DNA of 45,229 bases from the NCBI GenBank assembly GCA_013694885.1, contig JACDBO010000094.1:1-45229 (forward strand). The letters are read 5' to 3'. Source of the stretch: Chloroflexia bacterium. Lineage in GTDB: Bacteria > Chloroflexota > Chloroflexia > Thermomicrobiales > UBA6265. Shown here piece by piece: positions 42,976-45,229 of the stretch; the stretch's first letter is position 1, and every line of letters starts with the position of its first letter. Under the pieces are notes generated by a model. That model saw nothing but the letters and a program-made list of their open reading frames with translations, made no database searches and had not been told where the DNA came from. The translations under genes and the position numbers were made by a program.

Positions 42976-45229
42976 TTACTCCGGCATCGTCACGCTGAGC
43001 ACTTGCACCGCGCCTTCTGTCGTCTCGAAGCTGACGAGCACCGTGCCGCCGGCAGGGTCCGCGGGCGCGGGGATTGCGACTTGCGGACTCTCCCCGGCCC
43101 GCACCTCGGCGACCAAGTCGCCAAGAACCGCGCCGTCCGCGCCGAGCAGGAACATGTGGATCGTCCCGGCGCTTCCGGCGGAAAGGATGGCCCCCACCTG
43201 CTGCTGGTCGGCCTGGTACGCGAGTCCGGCGATTGCCACGCCGTCGCCGTCCGGTACCGGCGGCTTTCCGGCTATCGGCACGCCGTCCTCAGTCGACTGG
43301 AGAATCGACTGCGGTGAGTTCGTGCTCAACGTCGCATCCAGCGGAATCGCCGGATCCGCCGTTTCAGCCGTCGCCGCGTCTTCGAGCCGAGGGTAGCCTT
43401 CCAGGATAACGGCGCCCCAACGATAGGTGTCGCCTTGCACTCCTTGCCAGGTTGACCAGCCGAGTCGGGATTGGCCGGTCTTGTCCTGCGTATCCGAGTC
43501 ATAGATAAAGATGTTGAGGGTCATGCGCTCAGGATCGATCGGACCCGGCAGGGCATCGAATGGGATGAACGTTTCGAGGACATACCCGCTGTACGGGTCG
43601 CTCAACGTGCTGGCAACCTGCATGCCGGGCGCCGTCTCGCTGATCGGCCCCTGACGCGCGTCGGCGTCGCGGTAGGCGGCGGGGGCGCCTTCCGCGGTCG
43701 TCGGAAAGAGACCGACCTTGAAGGTCGAGGAGGTATTCGCCGCGGTGCCCAGCGGGTCGATCGCGATTTCGACGGAGTCGGTTCGCCAGTGCCGCTTGGC
43801 GTCCGCCGCGGGCAGCACCGTGCCGAGGCTCTCATCGGTCACGCTGACCGCGACGTACAGGCCATCCTCTGCCCAGACGAGCTGCGCGGTTCCGGAGGCG
43901 TCCTGCGCCGAGTCAGGGTCGTCGCCTTCCCACACGCGGCTCAGATCGAGCACTTCACCGGGGTACTCGCCTTGGCCGATCTGGCCGTCGACGGCCGGCA
44001 TCCCCGCCGACGCGATAGGCGAGGCTGCAGGGGACGCGACAGGCGACGCGACCGGCGAGGCCTGGGCCGCCGCGCCAACTCCTGGCACGCTTGTAGTGGG
44101 GACGACATTGAGCGCCGCCGTTCGCGTGCTCGCCTGCTGCCCCACGGTTGTCACGACCGCGAAATCGTAGTCTCCCTCTTCGCCGCCCGCGTTCGCCGTC
44201 GGCAGGTTGGCATCGGAGTTGGTGACCGTAAACGAGATCGTCGCGTTCCCGCCTGGAGACAGGTCGGTGAACTCTTGAACACCTTCGGTTGCTTCGAACC
44301 CCGCCGGCAGCTCGAGGGCGACCGTGCCGCTCTGTGGCTCGACGCCGAAGTTCTGGAGAACAATCGGTATCTCGCGCGTCCCGCCGGTGACGATCGAGAG
44401 TCGCGGCTTGATGAGTGCGTCGAGTTGGGCCACTTCCAGTTCCTGTGCCCACTCGCGGAATTGTTCGATCTCTGGCAGGGCCTGGAGGGTGCCGCGTACC
44501 GGCGGCACGACCTCGATAACGTCACTCGTGGCACCGGTCCCGTCACCGGTCATGAGGGAGGCGTCGAGGCGGAATCGCGTGTCGGGTTCGGCAGCCGGAT
44601 CGGGCGTCACGATGAACGTCGTGGCGCTCTGACTCCCGTCGCTCGCTGCCGTCAGCGTGCCACCGCCACTTGCCGTCCAGCCGCCCGGTAGGGCAAGTTC
44701 GACCGTACCCTCAACAGGACCCCCATCAGCCGACCGAGCGGTCGCGGAGACGGTGACAGGTGCACCGGCCTGGACATAGAAATCATCGACGGTAAGGAAG
44801 AACTCGGCTCCTAGGGGCAATCCGCCCTGGGCCGGGAGTACCGCGCCTTCCAGAATCGCCGACGGATCGGTGTTGCCGGCGGTGAACGGGACACGGCTGT
44901 CGATCAGCGTGAAGAAATCACACTCAAGTTCAGCTGGATCTGTCGGGGCGTCAGGGAATGTCGCCCAGCCTTGGGAGATGTATTCCCGCTGGGCCTGGAG
45001 CTCGATAGCCGCCCATGTCTGCCCACCGTTGCGTTCGGACGTATGGCCCGACCACACGCCGAAGACGTAATCGGATTGTTCGTCAGGCTGGTACGTGGAC
45101 GCGCACTGTTCGCCCGGTTGCCCTTCGCCACTGGCGCCGTTGCGGAAGATCTTGCCGACACGCCAAGGTTGGAGGGCCTCCTGATCCGATTGAGTGGAGA
45201 ATATCCCTGGATCGGCGGCGGCGTAGAAC
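42976..45229 (-). CDS. large secreted multidomain protein, 5' end outside the window (end of a PIG-L/LmbE-like domain, NEW3-like Ig domains, SP-rich linker, CBM9/DOMON-like domain)
   Basis: I translated the frame upstream of the track start: it stays open to the window edge (..FYAAADPGIFSTQSDQEALQPWRVGKIFRNG..YVFGVWSGHT..). Repeated beta-rich modules follow. The linker reads AQASPVASPVASPAASPIAS. A CBM9-like block follows (VDGQIGQGEYPGEVLDLSRVWEG..LVWAEDGLYVAVSVTDE..RTDSVEIAIDP). Domain names are by-eye recognition only. Confidence 0.55.
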   Translation of the reverse strand, partial: FYAAADPGIFSTQSDQEALQPWRVGKIFRNGASGEGQPGEQCASTYQPDEQSDYVFGVWSGHTSERNGGQTWAAIELQAQREYISQGWATFPDAPTDPAELECDFFTLIDSRVPFTAGNTDPSAILEGAVLPAQGGLPLGAEFFLTVDDFYVQAGAPVTVSATARSADGGPVEGTVELALPGGWTASGGGTLTAASDGSQSATTFIVTPDPAAEPDTRFRLDASLMTGDGTGATSDVIEVVPPVRGTLQALPEIEQFREWAQELEVAQLDALIKPRLSIVTGGTREIPIVLQNFGVEPQSGTVALELPAGFEATEGVQEFTDLSPGGNATISFTVTNSDANLPTANAGGEEGDYDFAVVTTVGQQASTRTAALNVVPTTSVPGVGAAAQASPVASPVASPAASPIASAGMPAVDGQIGQGEYPGEVLDLSRVWEGDDPDSAQDASGTAQLVWAEDGLYVAVSVTDESLGTVLPAADAKRHWRTDSVEIAIDPLGTAANTSSTFKVGLFPTTAEGAPAAYRDADARQGPISETAPGMQVASTLSDPYSGYVLETFIPFDALPGPIDPERMTLNIFIYDSDTQDKTGQSRLGWSTWQGVQGDTYRWGAVILEGYPRLEDAATAETADPAIPLDATLSTNSPQSILQSTEDGVPIAGKPPVPDGDGVAIAGLAYQADQQQVGAILSAGSAGTIHMFLLGADGAVLGDLVAEVRAGESPQVAIPAPADPAGGTVLVSFETTEGAVQVLSVTMPE

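Noticed and set aside
43471-44691. 406-aa plus-strand ORF antisense to the secreted multidomain gene
   Set aside because: Arg/Gly/Asp-rich low-complexity sequence; a high-GC antisense artefact.
1-45229. CRISPR arrays, prophage, toxin-antitoxin or defence-system gene clusters
   Set aside because: Reading both strands, I found no spaced direct-repeat arrays. I also found no cas, restriction-modification, integrase, phage-structural or small paired TA-like genes. The only mobile DNA is the single IS at the left end.

Overview
GC-rich bacterial chromosomal window, densely packed with about 45 genes, and almost entirely housekeeping. The gene content (tmk-darA synteny, a SpoIIIAA/Ycf45-like R3H ATPase, a tRNA with encoded CCA) suggests a Terrabacteria lineage such as Chloroflexota or Thermomicrobia, but that is only a guess.

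Layout from left to right:
- An IS5-family insertion sequence abuts a truncated comM.
- A DUF983 gene is followed by a translationally coupled his operon (hisG-C-B-H-A-F-IE, no hisD).
- A two-gene polysaccharide fragment encodes a Wzz-like protein and the priming sugar transferase.
- Next come a HIT-family gene, an MFS transporter, pckA and an aminotransferase.
- A long minus-strand block runs P5C dehydrogenase, VOC, fixC, DinB, etfA, etfB, enoyl-CoA hydratase, gamma-CA-like, thiolase and acyl-CoA dehydrogenase.
- A second minus-strand block holds birA, a CNNM/CorC gene, prs, glmU and tRNA-Gln.
- An NrtR-like regulator sits next to nadK.
- A further minus-strand run holds a zinc-ribbon membrane protein, darA, tmk, an R3H AAA ATPase, a tandem-GNAT-like orphan and recR.
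- The window ends with a small zinc-ribbon protein, ftsK, a family-4 UDG, a PfkB kinase, and the 3' two-thirds of a large secreted multidomain protein that runs off the right edge.

I found no CRISPR array, defence island, toxin-antitoxin pair, prophage or other convincing novel multi-gene system.

The items most worth a second look are:
- the IS/comM junction, whose two flanks do not join up
- a 380-bp structured non-coding gap (41561-41942)
- an unusually long HisI-HisE fusion
- a degenerate-Nudix NrtR paired with NAD kinase
- four tandem heptamers in the thiolase leader
- a DinB gene wedged inside the etf/fix cluster, which lacks fixX

All functional calls come from motif and family recognition by eye on the supplied translations. 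No searches were run.
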